In this document: in pieces, positions 42,216 through 54,430 of the stretch
Layout of the letters: each line of letters opens with the position of its first letter
Numbering within the stretch: the stretch's first letter is position 1
NCBI RefSeq assembly: GCF_006345805.1
Contig: NC_043000.1
Span: 62,062,001-62,126,000 of the forward strand
Origin: Octopus sinensis
Taxonomy: Eukaryota
Direction: 5' to 3'
DNA length: 64,000 nt
Translations under genes and position numbers: made by a program
The notes under the pieces: model-generated
The model's database searches: none
The model's input: only the letters and a program-made list of their open reading frames with translations
What the model was told of the DNA's origin: nothing

Positions 42216-42217
<2 letters not shown>
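40414..42217. repeat. Direct plus inverted copies of a ~640-bp unit (complex rearrangement)
   Basis: The same 66-aa spurious ORF occurs at 40501(-), 41145(-) and 41835(+); direct period 644 bp; arms 40964-41542 and 41639-42217 are inverted. Confidence 0.95.
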
Positions 42218-42281
<64 letters not shown>

Positions 42282-44779
42282 GTATGTATATATGTATGTA
42301 TTATGTATGTATATATATATATATATATATATATGCACTTACAACCATATATACAACCATACATATCGTACAAACACGTGCATATTTGTATGCGTGTGTG
42401 TTTGTGTACGTGCGTGTGTTAGTATGTGTGCGCGTGTGTGTGTGTATGTATGTATGTGTGTGTGCATATGTGTGAGTGTGTGTGTAGGTAAGTATAAAGC
42501 TAGAGAATACTGAAATATGTAAAGCGACAAAAGTTTGGTTGTGTCGCCTAGTCAAACTGAATTCCTTCTATGCTGGCAGTGGTATGCTGTTCTTGGAGAC
42601 AGAAGTCACTGTATTTTGAACCATTCATAAAGTCTGTTCCTCCTCTAACATTACCTATATGAAGTTGGGATTCACTATTTCGTCCTTCCAGTTTCAATTT
42701 ACTTTAATGTGCTGTGATATTTTCGATATATTTATGCTTTCAATGCGTCTTGAAGTAGTATTCTGTGTACCCTACAGACATATCCAGCTCGTTGAAGTAT
42801 CTCTAATGGAGACTTTCACCAGGTATGCAATGATTTTTGCCTGGCCGTAGCTTCTTTTTCGGCAAACCTCCGTGCTTCGGTAATTACATGAGGATTCGAT
42901 TAGTTTTGAGACTGATTGTAATATTTTAGCATTTATGGATCTTGAGAATAACTTTATGTTATGGACAAATATTCAATATCAATTTCTATAAAATATATTA
43001 TAAACTGTGTATACATATAATTATATTGTTAATACCTCTATTGGTTAGTTTTGTTTCACAAACATATGGATAAGCAACAGTATTTTAGTGCTAACCTGTC
43101 AAATAATGTGGTTTTAATGTAGTTGCCTCAGAAATTAAAGGATTGTCTAAGATTACAGTAAAAGTTATTTAAATGAGGCACTATGTACCCGAGCGGTCAA
43201 TTGCTAGGATTAATAAATTTTAAAGGAACAAGCGTATGTGTAAATAATTTTTAATGAGGACTCTTTACACGCAGAATTTGATATTTACTAGGAGATTTTC
43301 CAGATGGACCTCTTCTTGATATAAAAATGTTTATGAGTGATGTTGATTGTGTAAAAAGACCATGAACTTTGGTTGACACATTTCTGAATTTCTAAATAAT
43401 TTTTCTATAAATAAAAACATCGTAAACGGAACGTGTGAGCCACAAAGGCGTAGCTATTGAGATTATTCTGAAGATGTTCACATAAAATTAAGTCTATTAT
43501 CTCCGGCTTGGTGTTTAATATTGCATTTCTGGGAAAATGAAACACATCTGTTCTTGCTTGCAGCAACTCGTAAAATAAACACATCAATTTCTACTATTCA
43601 CTATGGCTTCATGTACATTAATATGTTTTGCAATATTAAAATCATGAACAGCTGGATTATGACAGTTGCGACGTGAGGTTCTCATTTTATAGATGCACTG
43701 ATTTTGATGCTGCATGTCTTGGGCCTGTCCTAGAAATGCAAATGAATTTCTTGGCATTTTATCAGAAATAAGGTTCCTTATAAAATACATTCAAAACACG
43801 TTCACTTTGTCAAGGCTTAATGTTTATTGGTATTCAATTGGTATTTAACCTACTTTATAAACAAGATATTTACTATAATCAAATTATCGATATAACTGTC
43901 AAATTTGGAGTAATTACGATTTGAAATTCAGATTTGTTTTTGGCATGTCTAAAAATGTGATTTGTGCATTTAAAACATTTACTTTAAAACCGAAATTGTA
44001 TAAACATGTTTAACCTTTGTATACCATATATCCACAAACATATAAGCAATGGTGACGATAGTAGTCGACTGCATTTCCATATTCCAGATGATGGCATCTA
44101 CTACTTCAGTGTATTACCAGAAAGATGACACACTATATCATTAAATTTCCTGTTAATTATTTATCAAAACATTATTGTTTTTAAATATTTAAATCTAAAA
44201 GGTTATGATATTAAGCAAACATTTCTGTTAAACAATAAAGTCTTAATGGATTTTGTCATTAAGTATTTTGACATCGACTGGTACAGTACTTAAAATAAGG
44301 AAGAAATATACATAAATATAGAAAAATGATTAATTCTCCAAATGATTTTGTTCATATTTTCTGGTGTCAGTTAATCAGATTAGCTCCGACAAGTTAAGCT
44401 ATATAATACAAACTCTAACTTCGAAAATTCTCAAAGATATACTAGTTCAACCATCCCAATGGCTTTCTATATTAGATGTATATATATATAAATATATAAA
44501 CGTATGAATGTGCATAGAAATATACACGCACGCACGCGCGCACACACACACACGCATACACACACACACGCGCGCGCGCGCACACACATGTATATATATA
44601 TTAAGCAATGAAATTTCAACTTAGTCTGATTTTCACGTTTTATTATTTGCAATTTTTACAATTTTACAATGTTTTTTCCTTACTTTCAGTCAAAGGATTA
44701 CAGGCATGATGGGGCACCACCGTTTACTTTGTTACACTTTCACTAAACTCTGGTGTATGACATTTGGTGGTTGAGGGAG

Positions 44780-45330
44780 CTTGACGTTGCTGCCTTCATC
44801 TGTGTTTCTTGCCTTGAGGTAGGTTAACCCGGAACTCTCAACAGGACATACAGTTTTGGTTTGTAAAAGCCTACATCCAGGACATGCAGGTTTGTCAGGC
44901 TTTTTAGGCCTTTGAAGCCCAAGTTGCGGCAGTATCTGATTCTGTATCCTGATGGCAATGTTGGTGGGTGCAATTGCGCCCCGTTCTGCTGCTTATGTAA
45001 CGGACAAAGCCAAAGTTTGGCACAACTTTTTCTAGGATTTTCCAGATCCATATTTCTGCATATCTTTCCCGCCTTCGCTCCAGGGAGCAGAGTCTTAACT
45101 CTTTCAGTCTCTCCCAGTAGTTGATATGTCACATTGTGTCGATCTTCGTGTAGCTTCTCTGGATCGCCTAGAGTGCCGTCGTTAATTTTACACTGTTTGG
45201 TGACCACAGTTGGGAGCAGTAATTCAGACGGCTGTGAATGAAAACCTTCCAGACGATCATCATAGTTTCCTCTTTTCCTGTTTTGAAAGTTTGGAGGATC
45301 CATCCGGCCAGTCGTCAGCATTTTATTGCT
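44780..45330 (-). mobile_element. Probable decayed Ty3/Gypsy gag fragment
   Basis: FQNRKRGNYDD (F..R.Q..E..D), GTLGDPEKL (G..D....LL), AKAGKICRNMD (A..ICR..E), then in another frame KPACPGC..VCP (zinc-knuckle-like). Confidence 0.45.
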
Positions 45331-45608
45331 AACTTGAAAACGTGCACCTGGAAAGATGTTTCCTTATTCATGTCGTATCCCATAACAACGCACTGATTTT
45401 GATTCAGGGATTGCAAAAATAATATAATGTATATAATGAGGACAAATATCTCAGAAACGTTAGTTATTATATTATTTTTGTAATTTAATTAATCTTTACT
45501 TTTTATTGTTATTTTAATTTTAACTTTTTCTATTATATGTAATTTTCTAGATGGTGTAATTTAATTATTCATTTTGAATTGATAAAAGTTGTTTTTTTTC
45601 TAATATTT

Positions 45609-45651
<43 letters not shown>

Positions 45652-46471
45652 CACGCACACACACACGCGCACACACACACGCGCACACACACACACGCAT
45701 ATATATATATAAATATATGTATGTATGTATCGTCAGTTCAAATAAACTGATAAAAAATGAAAAAAATGAAGAAAAACGACGGACGTGTGGACGTGCTCAT
45801 GAGGTGTACTAGCTTGAAGCTCGGCGAAAGAGAGAGTTTAAAGTTTCGAGCACACCTCTTCGTCGGAAAGGAGAGGGGGAAATATCCAAAGAAAGGGAAG
45901 AAGAAGAAATCGCCAACGGGCCACGTGTAGTTACCTATATGCATATGTATGTGATGGTTGTCATGTTCTATACGAGTATGTCCATCACTGACAGTGCAAT
46001 GCATGTGCAAATTTTTTAGTTCCACAAAGACTTGTGCAACATGTCAAAACCTACCCTATTGACATGATCCAGAAACAAAGGTAAGGAATCTAGTGCAAAT
46101 GTGGGTCCAGGAATGTGGGAGCACCATGATCACAAACCCAAGCCAAGGATCTTCAAAATACCCAGTACCGTTCCCTGCATATCAGAGTGACATTTATTCT
46201 CAGAAGGCCACATCAACAAAAGCTGAGGCATCTCTCAACGTCAGTGGCTTTCCAGCACGCCGAAAAACAACTCAGAATTTCTGAGTGCCAGTAATCTTAT
46301 TAAATAGTCGCCGAGCGTACACTATTTCAGCAGTCCCTCTGAGACTTCTTGATTTTAGTACAGCAGTGATTCTAACAACCGTCTTGGAACTGGCGACCAT
46401 ACGATCGTGAGCTGAATAACCTTTCCACAAAACCACACGCCTTCACAATTTATATGTATGTATATATATAT

Positions 46472-46950
46472 TGTTATGTATATCTATAATCAGTGCAAAT
46501 AACGAGAAAATATAATGACGGAAGAGAACTTACAATGTTTTCTGAATGAGGAGAGATAAGCGTTTGTGATGAGAGATATATAACGACTTTTTCGGCTGAG
46601 TTGAAATCACGTATGTATGTATATACATACATACAGGAAGTGAGCAAAGGAGGAGATAGGTAATCTCGTTTACTTCCTGTTAAAAAGAGAAAAGGAAAAT
46701 CGAACCGGGGTGAGTTCAGAATACAGCAACGGCATTACTTGGATAGTACAAAATACGAGAGAGAACTGCATACGGCTTCAACTACCACCTACCTTTGAAC
46801 AATTGAGGACTGGACATAAAATTCGTCGGGTATTATACCTTTGGTTACATAATTTCATCTTTGACTATTAATTCACTGATTGTACAATTTCTGTTGTTGC
46901 GTTCGTTCAGTTCACCCCTTTTATACACAAGAATTTGCTTGATCGTAACA
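46472..46950. mobile_element. Solo LTR, 479 bp, copy 1
   Basis: Ends TGTTATG...CGTAACA (TG..CA, 6/7 inverted match), with ATAT on both sides as a possible 4-bp TSD inside a TA tract. Confidence 0.6.
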
Positions 46951-47059
46951 ATATATATATGTGTGTATGTGTGTGTGTGTGTGTGTACATATATATAATA
47001 GCTATTTATATAATTTTCGTTACAAGTACAAATAAAAGAATTATATATATATATGTATT

Positions 47060-48920
47060 GAGTTGTTTTTTCCACACCAAAAGATTCAAAAAGCCCACCA
47101 CCAAAATTAACTCTAGCTTTCATACCTTGATACAAAGCCCTGATCATGTTTACAAATTTTTCTGGGCAACCTATCTTCCTTACAATTAGCCACAGAGCAT
47201 TTCATTTAACAGAATCGAATGCTCAAATAAGCAAAGCAATGTTGTAGAGCAAGATTCTGTTCAATGCACTTTTCTTGCAATTGTCTGACAGTAAAGATAC
47301 AATCAGCTGTGTCCCTGGAGGAACGAAAACTACACTGAGACCCAGACACTATATTTGGAACTATAAAGTTATTTAAAAGTTCTAACAAAATGCGGGCAAG
47401 TACCTTTCCAACCACAGACAAAAGCGAAATCCCACGAAAATTACCACACAGATCGTTTGGCCCCGATTTATACAAGGAAACTAAAACGGCATCAATCCAG
47501 TTTCGAGGCACTTTCTCAGTTCTCCAACAGTAACAAATTAATATATTTAAGAGTTCAAACATTTTTTCACTCCTATATTTCCTGACTTCTGCAGATTCCA
47601 TCAGACCCTGGAAACTTATTGTTATTCAGCTTATTCACAGCTAAATAAATGTCATTTAGAGTTGGTTCAAATACCATCTCTTCTATAACTGGAAGGTGTT
47701 CAATTTCTTCTGTCGTCCTCATATCAACGGATGATGGTCTATTCAAAAGTGCGGAAAAATGTTCTACCAATGCTTATGAAAAGTAGAAGCGGTGTCAGTC
47801 AGAAAAAAAACGTCCATTTTTTGTTTTCACTGGAGCTATTGAAGAAGATTTTCGGCCATATACCTCCTTAACATAAGAGTACGAACATCAAATCTATTAG
47901 CTGTTTCTTGTGTCCCTTTTGCTCTATCATTCCACCATTCCTGTTTGATCTTCATTAGAGCGGTCTGCACTTTCCTTTTCAGCTTTCTGTAAGCTTCGTT
48001 TGAGTTGGGCTTCAAGGGCTGAGAATGAAGTGTTTTAACTAAGTTTTGTTTCTCTAAAAGTTGATCATGAACTTCTGCTGATGTATCTGAGAACCAGTCA
48101 CTGGACTTATGTGATTTAAATCCCACTGACGAACTTGCAGCCTGAAATACTTTTGTGTTGAAATTTTCCCATGGATTGTTTGGGTCAAGATTCGTACTTT
48201 CTATAGCATCGTGGAATCTTTGCAAGTTGCTTGATAATTTAAAGTTTGCAATATTTAACTGTTTGGGTACTTTAGGACAAGACTGTCGATTTTTAGGTAT
48301 TATCGAAACATCTATTTTTCCACACTGATGGACAGTCCAGCTCTCATGGCCCGAACGCTAGAAACGTCTTTCATATCACGTTTTCTGATCAGAATATAAT
48401 CTATGAGATGCCAGTGCTTAGATCTTGCTTAAACAGAGTGTTGGTGACAACCATATTATTCTCAGTACAAAACGTAAAAAGAGCTATTCCATTTTTATGG
48501 CATTTTCCAATCACGTGTGACCAAAAACAGGTCATGAAACATAGTCCTTTCCAAACTCTTGCATTGAAATCTCCTAATATGACCAGCTTGTCAGAAATTG
48601 GTACTTTGTTCAATAATTGTACTGGATCATCATACGACTGTCCTAGTTTCATCAGAATGGGTCATTGTTGGTGCATAAATATTGACAACAGTAAGAAACC
48701 TCCCTTTTGTCAGTTTAATACGGCATGACATGACCCACTCAGATATACCATTTGGAATCTCTGCAATGGAGAATACTAATATATTCTTGAGAGCAAACTC
48801 AACACCAGATTCTCTACGATGACCCTTAGGTAGGCTTCTCCAAGAGATAATATATCTATAAGTAGGTTCACTTACTTGACCTTCACCAGAGAGACGAGTT
48901 TCAGAGAGTCATTTCGAAAC
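47060..48920 (-). mobile_element. Decayed RTE/BovB-clade LINE (APE endonuclease plus N-terminal RT), copy 1
   Basis: LSETRLSGEG, KLVILGDFNARV, VVTNTLF, EHFSALLN, KFPGSDGI, NFRGISLLSVVGKVLARI, QCSFR, IFTVRQLQEKCIEQ and MIRALYQGMKARV; multiple frameshifts; recognisable RT stops before the QG and YADD motifs. Confidence 0.93.
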
Positions 48921-50082
48921 GGAGATTCAGACAATGAAGTGCATTTTGACAAGTCACCAGAGGAGACAAATCTGCACCTATAATGCATCACATCTGACTC
49001 AGCTGCTTCTCACTCGTAAGGCACCAGTGCCGGATGTGTCGAAGCGATTGTAGGGAATACTAAAGTTCCTCGTGAATTCCATTTTCTTGGAAGGAATTCC
49101 CGAAGTAAATCCTGTGGCATTGCATTCATACTGTTGATGACGTCAGGTAGCCAAATACAGTGAAGGACTTTAAACGGTACATTACAATGTGTATACCCAA
49201 CTTGAAAATTACTACATATATACATGCATATATACATACACACACTTACATATATGCATATATTCATACATGAATATATTCATACATATATTCATAGATG
49301 TATGTATGTATATATATATATAAATATATGTATGTATGTATCGTCAGTTCAAATAAACTGATAAAAAATGAAAAAAATGAAGAAAAACGACGGACGTGTG
49401 GACGTGCTCATGAGGTGTACTAGCTTGAAGCTCGGCGAAAGAGAGAGTTTAAAGTTTCGAGCACACCTCTTCGTCGGAAAGGAGAGGGGGAAATATCCAA
49501 AGAAAGGGAAGAAGAAGAAATCGCCAACGGGCCACGTGTAGTTACCTATATGCATATGTATGTGATGGTTGTCATGTTCTATACGAGTATGTCCATCACT
49601 GACAGTGCAATGCATGTGCAAATTTTTTAGTTCCACAAAGACTTGTGCAACATGTCAAAACCTACCCTATTGACATGATCCAGAAACAAAGGTAAGGAAT
49701 CTAGTGCAAATGTGGGTCCAGGAATGTGGGAGCACCATGATCACAAACCCAAGCCAAGGATCTTCAAAATACCCAGTACCGTTCCCTGCATATCAGAGTG
49801 ACATTTATTCTCAGAAGGCCACATCAACAAAAGCTGAGGCATCTCTCAACGTCAGTGGCTTTCCAGCACGCCGAAAAACAACTCAGAATTTCTGAGTGCC
49901 AGTAATCTTATTAAATAGTCGCCGAGCGTACACTATTTCAGCAGTCCCTCTGAGACTTCTTGATTTTAGTACAGCAGTGATTCTAACAACCGTCTTGGAA
50001 CTGGCGACCATACGATCGTGAGCTGAATAACCTTTCCACAAAACCACACGCCTTCACAATTTATATGTATGTATATATATAT

Positions 50083-50561
50083 TGTTATGTATATCTATAA
50101 TCAGTGCAAATAACGAGAAAATATAATGACGGAAGAGAACTTACAATGTTTTCTGAATGAGGAGAGATAAGCGTTTGTGATGAGAGATATATAACGACTT
50201 TTTCGGCTGAGTTGAAATCACGTATGTATGTATATACATACATACAGGAAGTGAGCAAAGGAGGAGATAGGTAATCTCGTTTACTTCCTGTTAAAAAGAG
50301 AAAAGGAAAATCGAACCGGGGTGAGTTCAGAATACAGCAACGGCATTACTTGGATAGTACAAAATACGAGAGAGAACTGCATACGGCTTCAACTACCACC
50401 TACCTTTGAACAATTGAGGACTGGACATAAAATTCGTCGGGTATTATACCTTTGGTTACATAATTTCATCTTTGACTATTAATTCACTGATTGTACAATT
50501 TCTGTTGTTGCGTTCGTTCAGTTCACCCCTTTTATACACAAGAATTTGCTTGATCGTAACA
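50083..50561. mobile_element. Solo LTR, copy 2 (in duplicated unit)
   Basis: Duplicate of 46472-46950. Confidence 0.6.
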
Positions 50562-50672
50562 ATATATATATGTGTGTATGTGTGTGTGTGTGTGTGTGTA
50601 CATATATATAATAGCTATTTATATAATTTTCGTTACAAGTACAAATAAAAGAATTATATATATATATGTATT

Positions 50673-52533
50673 GAGTTGTTTTTTCCACACCAAAAGATTC
50701 AAAAAGCCCACCACCAAAATTAACTCTAGCTTTCATACCTTGATACAAAGCCCTGATCATGTTTACAAATTTTTCTGGGCAACCTATCTTCCTTACAATT
50801 AGCCACAGAGCATTTCATTTAACAGAATCGAATGCTCAAATAAGCAAAGCAATGTTGTAGAGCAAGATTCTGTTCAATGCACTTTTCTTGCAATTGTCTG
50901 ACAGTAAAGATACAATCAGCTGTGTCCCTGGAGGAACGAAAACTACACTGAGACCCAGACACTATATTTGGAACTATAAAGTTATTTAAAAGTTCTAACA
51001 AAATGCGGGCAAGTACCTTTCCAACCACAGACAAAAGCGAAATCCCACGAAAATTACCACACAGATCGTTTGGCCCCGATTTATACAAGGAAACTAAAAC
51101 GGCATCAATCCAGTTTCGAGGCACTTTCTCAGTTCTCCAACAGTAACAAATTAATATATTTAAGAGTTCAAACATTTTTTCACTCCTATATTTCCTGACT
51201 TCTGCAGATTCCATCAGACCCTGGAAACTTATTGTTATTCAGCTTATTCACAGCTAAATAAATGTCATTTAGAGTTGGTTCAAATACCATCTCTTCTATA
51301 ACTGGAAGGTGTTCAATTTCTTCTGTCGTCCTCATATCAACGGATGATGGTCTATTCAAAAGTGCGGAAAAATGTTCTACCAATGCTTATGAAAAGTAGA
51401 AGCGGTGTCAGTCAGAAAAAAAACGTCCATTTTTTGTTTTCACTGGAGCTATTGAAGAAGATTTTCGGCCATATACCTCCTTAACATAAGAGTACGAACA
51501 TCAAATCTATTAGCTGTTTCTTGTGTCCCTTTTGCTCTATCATTCCACCATTCCTGTTTGATCTTCATTAGAGCGGTCTGCACTTTCCTTTTCAGCTTTC
51601 TGTAAGCTTCGTTTGAGTTGGGCTTCAAGGGCTGAGAATGAAGTGTTTTAACTAAGTTTTGTTTCTCTAAAAGTTGATCATGAACTTCTGCTGATGTATC
51701 TGAGAACCAGTCACTGGACTTATGTGATTTAAATCCCACTGACGAACTTGCAGCCTGAAATACTTTTGTGTTGAAATTTTCCCATGGATTGTTTGGGTCA
51801 AGATTCGTACTTTCTATAGCATCGTGGAATCTTTGCAAGTTGCTTGATAATTTAAAGTTTGCAATATTTAACTGTTTGGGTACTTTAGGACAAGACTGTC
51901 GATTTTTAGGTATTATCGAAACATCTATTTTTCCACACTGATGGACAGTCCAGCTCTCATGGCCCGAACGCTAGAAACGTCTTTCATATCACGTTTTCTG
52001 ATCAGAATATAATCTATGAGATGCCAGTGCTTAGATCTTGCTTAAACAGAGTGTTGGTGACAACCATATTATTCTCAGTACAAAACGTAAAAAGAGCTAT
52101 TCCATTTTTATGGCATTTTCCAATCACGTGTGACCAAAAACAGGTCATGAAACATAGTCCTTTCCAAACTCTTGCATTGAAATCTCCTAATATGACCAGC
52201 TTGTCAGAAATTGGTACTTTGTTCAATAATTGTACTGGATCATCATACGACTGTCCTAGTTTCATCAGAATGGGTCATTGTTGGTGCATAAATATTGACA
52301 ACAGTAAGAAACCTCCCTTTTGTCAGTTTAATACGGCATGACATGACCCACTCAGATATACCATTTGGAATCTCTGCAATGGAGAATACTAATATATTCT
52401 TGAGAGCAAACTCAACACCAGATTCTCTACGATGACCCTTAGGTAGGCTTCTCCAAGAGATAATATATCTATAAGTAGGTTCACTTACTTGACCTTCACC
52501 AGAGAGACGAGTTTCAGAGAGTCATTTCGAAAC
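50673..52533 (-). mobile_element. Decayed RTE/BovB-clade LINE, copy 2 (in duplicated unit)
   Basis: ORF fragments identical to 47060-48920, including the same frameshifts. Confidence 0.93.
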
Positions 52534-52917
52534 GGAGATTCAGACAATGAAGTGCATTTTGACAAGTCACCAGAGGAGACAAATCTGCACCTATAATGCA
52601 TCACATCTGACTCAGCTGCTTCTCACTCGTAAGGCACCAGTGCCGGATGTGTCGAAGCGATTGTAGGGAATACTAAAGTTCCTCGTGAATTCCATTTTCT
52701 TGGAAGGAATTCCCGAAGTAAATCCTGTGGCATTGCATTCATACTGTTGATGACGTCAGGTAGCCAAATACAGTGAAGGACTTTAAACGGTACATTACAA
52801 TGTGTATACCCAACTTGAAAATTACTACATATATACATGCATATATACATACACACACTTACATATATGCATATATTCATACATGAATATATTCATACAT
52901 ATATTCATAGATGTATG

Positions 52918-52956
<39 letters not shown>

Positions 52957-53734
52957 GAAAATTCACAAAAAAAAAACAAATGACGAAGACATGTGGTGTA
53001 GACAACAAACAGATGTATTAGTATAACACTCGGGAAGTGAAAAAGTCTTTAACGTTTCCAACCTACGCTCTTCCACAGAAAGGAACACAGAAAGAAACAA
53101 GGAGAGAAAATAAATAAATAAATATATATATATATATAAATATATATACCTGGAGTAAACCTCATTCTTACATGATGGTTAAAATCAGAGATGTACTGTT
53201 GTATCCAGTTTGGAAGTGCAGACATTGAAATGAGATACTGCTTTTACATGAGCCATTCAAACATCATAAATATTACTACATTTAAATATGAATACTTTCG
53301 TCATCAATAGTATTTTCATTATCATCATCACTACTTTATTCGTGATTTTTATCTTCATCAGTGCTATGAACATGTCTTAAGAGAATATATTACAAGAGAG
53401 AGAGAGGGAGAGAGAGAGACGGGAGAATTGACTGTGACTAAAAATATTCATAGGTTTTTATAAATAGGATAGATACTTGTACACAAGCGTTTTATTGCTG
53501 GCTGTATTATTGAGTTTCATTGAAGAGCAACGACAATTTATTGATGCTTCAATGATGTCCTATTCACGACTTATCGAAAAATCAGTAAATCTTCATCCTC
53601 ATGATTACACTGCGTTGCAAATAGCTGTGAACACTTCATATACGCCATTATTCTTTCCTCCGGCGGGAACAATTTCTGCGTTGTTCATTATGTTGCTACT
53701 ATATTGTTGTTTCAAATAGTACTTGAACGTATGA

Positions 53735-54276
53735 TGAAGAAGGATAAGGGGGAAAGAAAGAAGTGGAAGAAGAAGGAGTAGGAGAAGAAGGAGGAGGAGA
53801 AGAAGAAGAAGAAGAAGAAGAAAAAGAAGAAGAACAAGAACAAGAAGAACAAGAAGAACAAGAAGAACAAGAAGAAGAAGAAGAACTGGGAAGGAGGATG
53901 AGGAGGTGGAAGACTAGGATGAGGAGAGAAGGAGGAAGAAGAAGGAGGAGAAGAAGAAGAAGAAGGAGAAGAAGAAGAGAAGGAGAAGAAGAAGGAGAAG
54001 AAGAAGAAGAAGAAGAAGAAGAAGAAGAGAGAAGAAGAAGAAGAAGATTAAGAAGAAGAAGAAGATTAAGAAGAAGAGAAGAAGAAGGAGGAGGAAATGG
54101 AGGTGAAAATGAAGAAGCAGAAAATTAAGGATGAGAAGGGGAAGAAGAAGAAGGAGGAGCAGGAGCAGGAGGAGGAAGAAGAGATGGAAGTGGAGAAGGA
54201 GGAAGAGAAGGAAGAAGAGAAGGAAGAAGAGGAGAAGGTGGAGGAGGAGAAGTATGAAGAAATGAAGGAGGAAGAC
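53735..54276 (+). repeat. ~540-bp purine-rich (GAA/GGA)n tract
   Basis: Direct inspection. Confidence 0.95.
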
Positions 54277-54311
54277 ATAATACGTTGTTTAGAAATATTC
54301 TTTTCTTCTTA

Positions 54312-54430
54312 AGGCACAAGGCCCGAAATTTTGGAGGAGGGGACCAGTCGATTAGATCGACCCCAGTACGCAACTGGTACTTAAATTTATCGACCCCGAA
54401 AGCATAAAAAGCAAAATTGAGCTCGGTGGG
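54312..54430 (-). mobile_element. SINE family 1, 3' part
   Basis: CAGTCGATTAGATCGACCCCAGTAC..AACTGGTAC..TTTATCGACCCCGAAAG matches the reverse complement of 17130-17220. Confidence 0.8.

Larger units (their letters stand above)
45701..52925 (+). repeat. Near-perfect 3.61-kb tandem duplication (about 45701-49311 and 49312-52925)
   Basis: ORFs recur with offset 3611, then 3613 after one extra GT unit; junctions lie in (TA)n. Confidence 0.97.

Noticed and set aside
53763-54312. Glu/Arg/Lys-rich ORFs
   Set aside because: Low-complexity (GAA/GGA)n with no flanking domain or convincing splice context.
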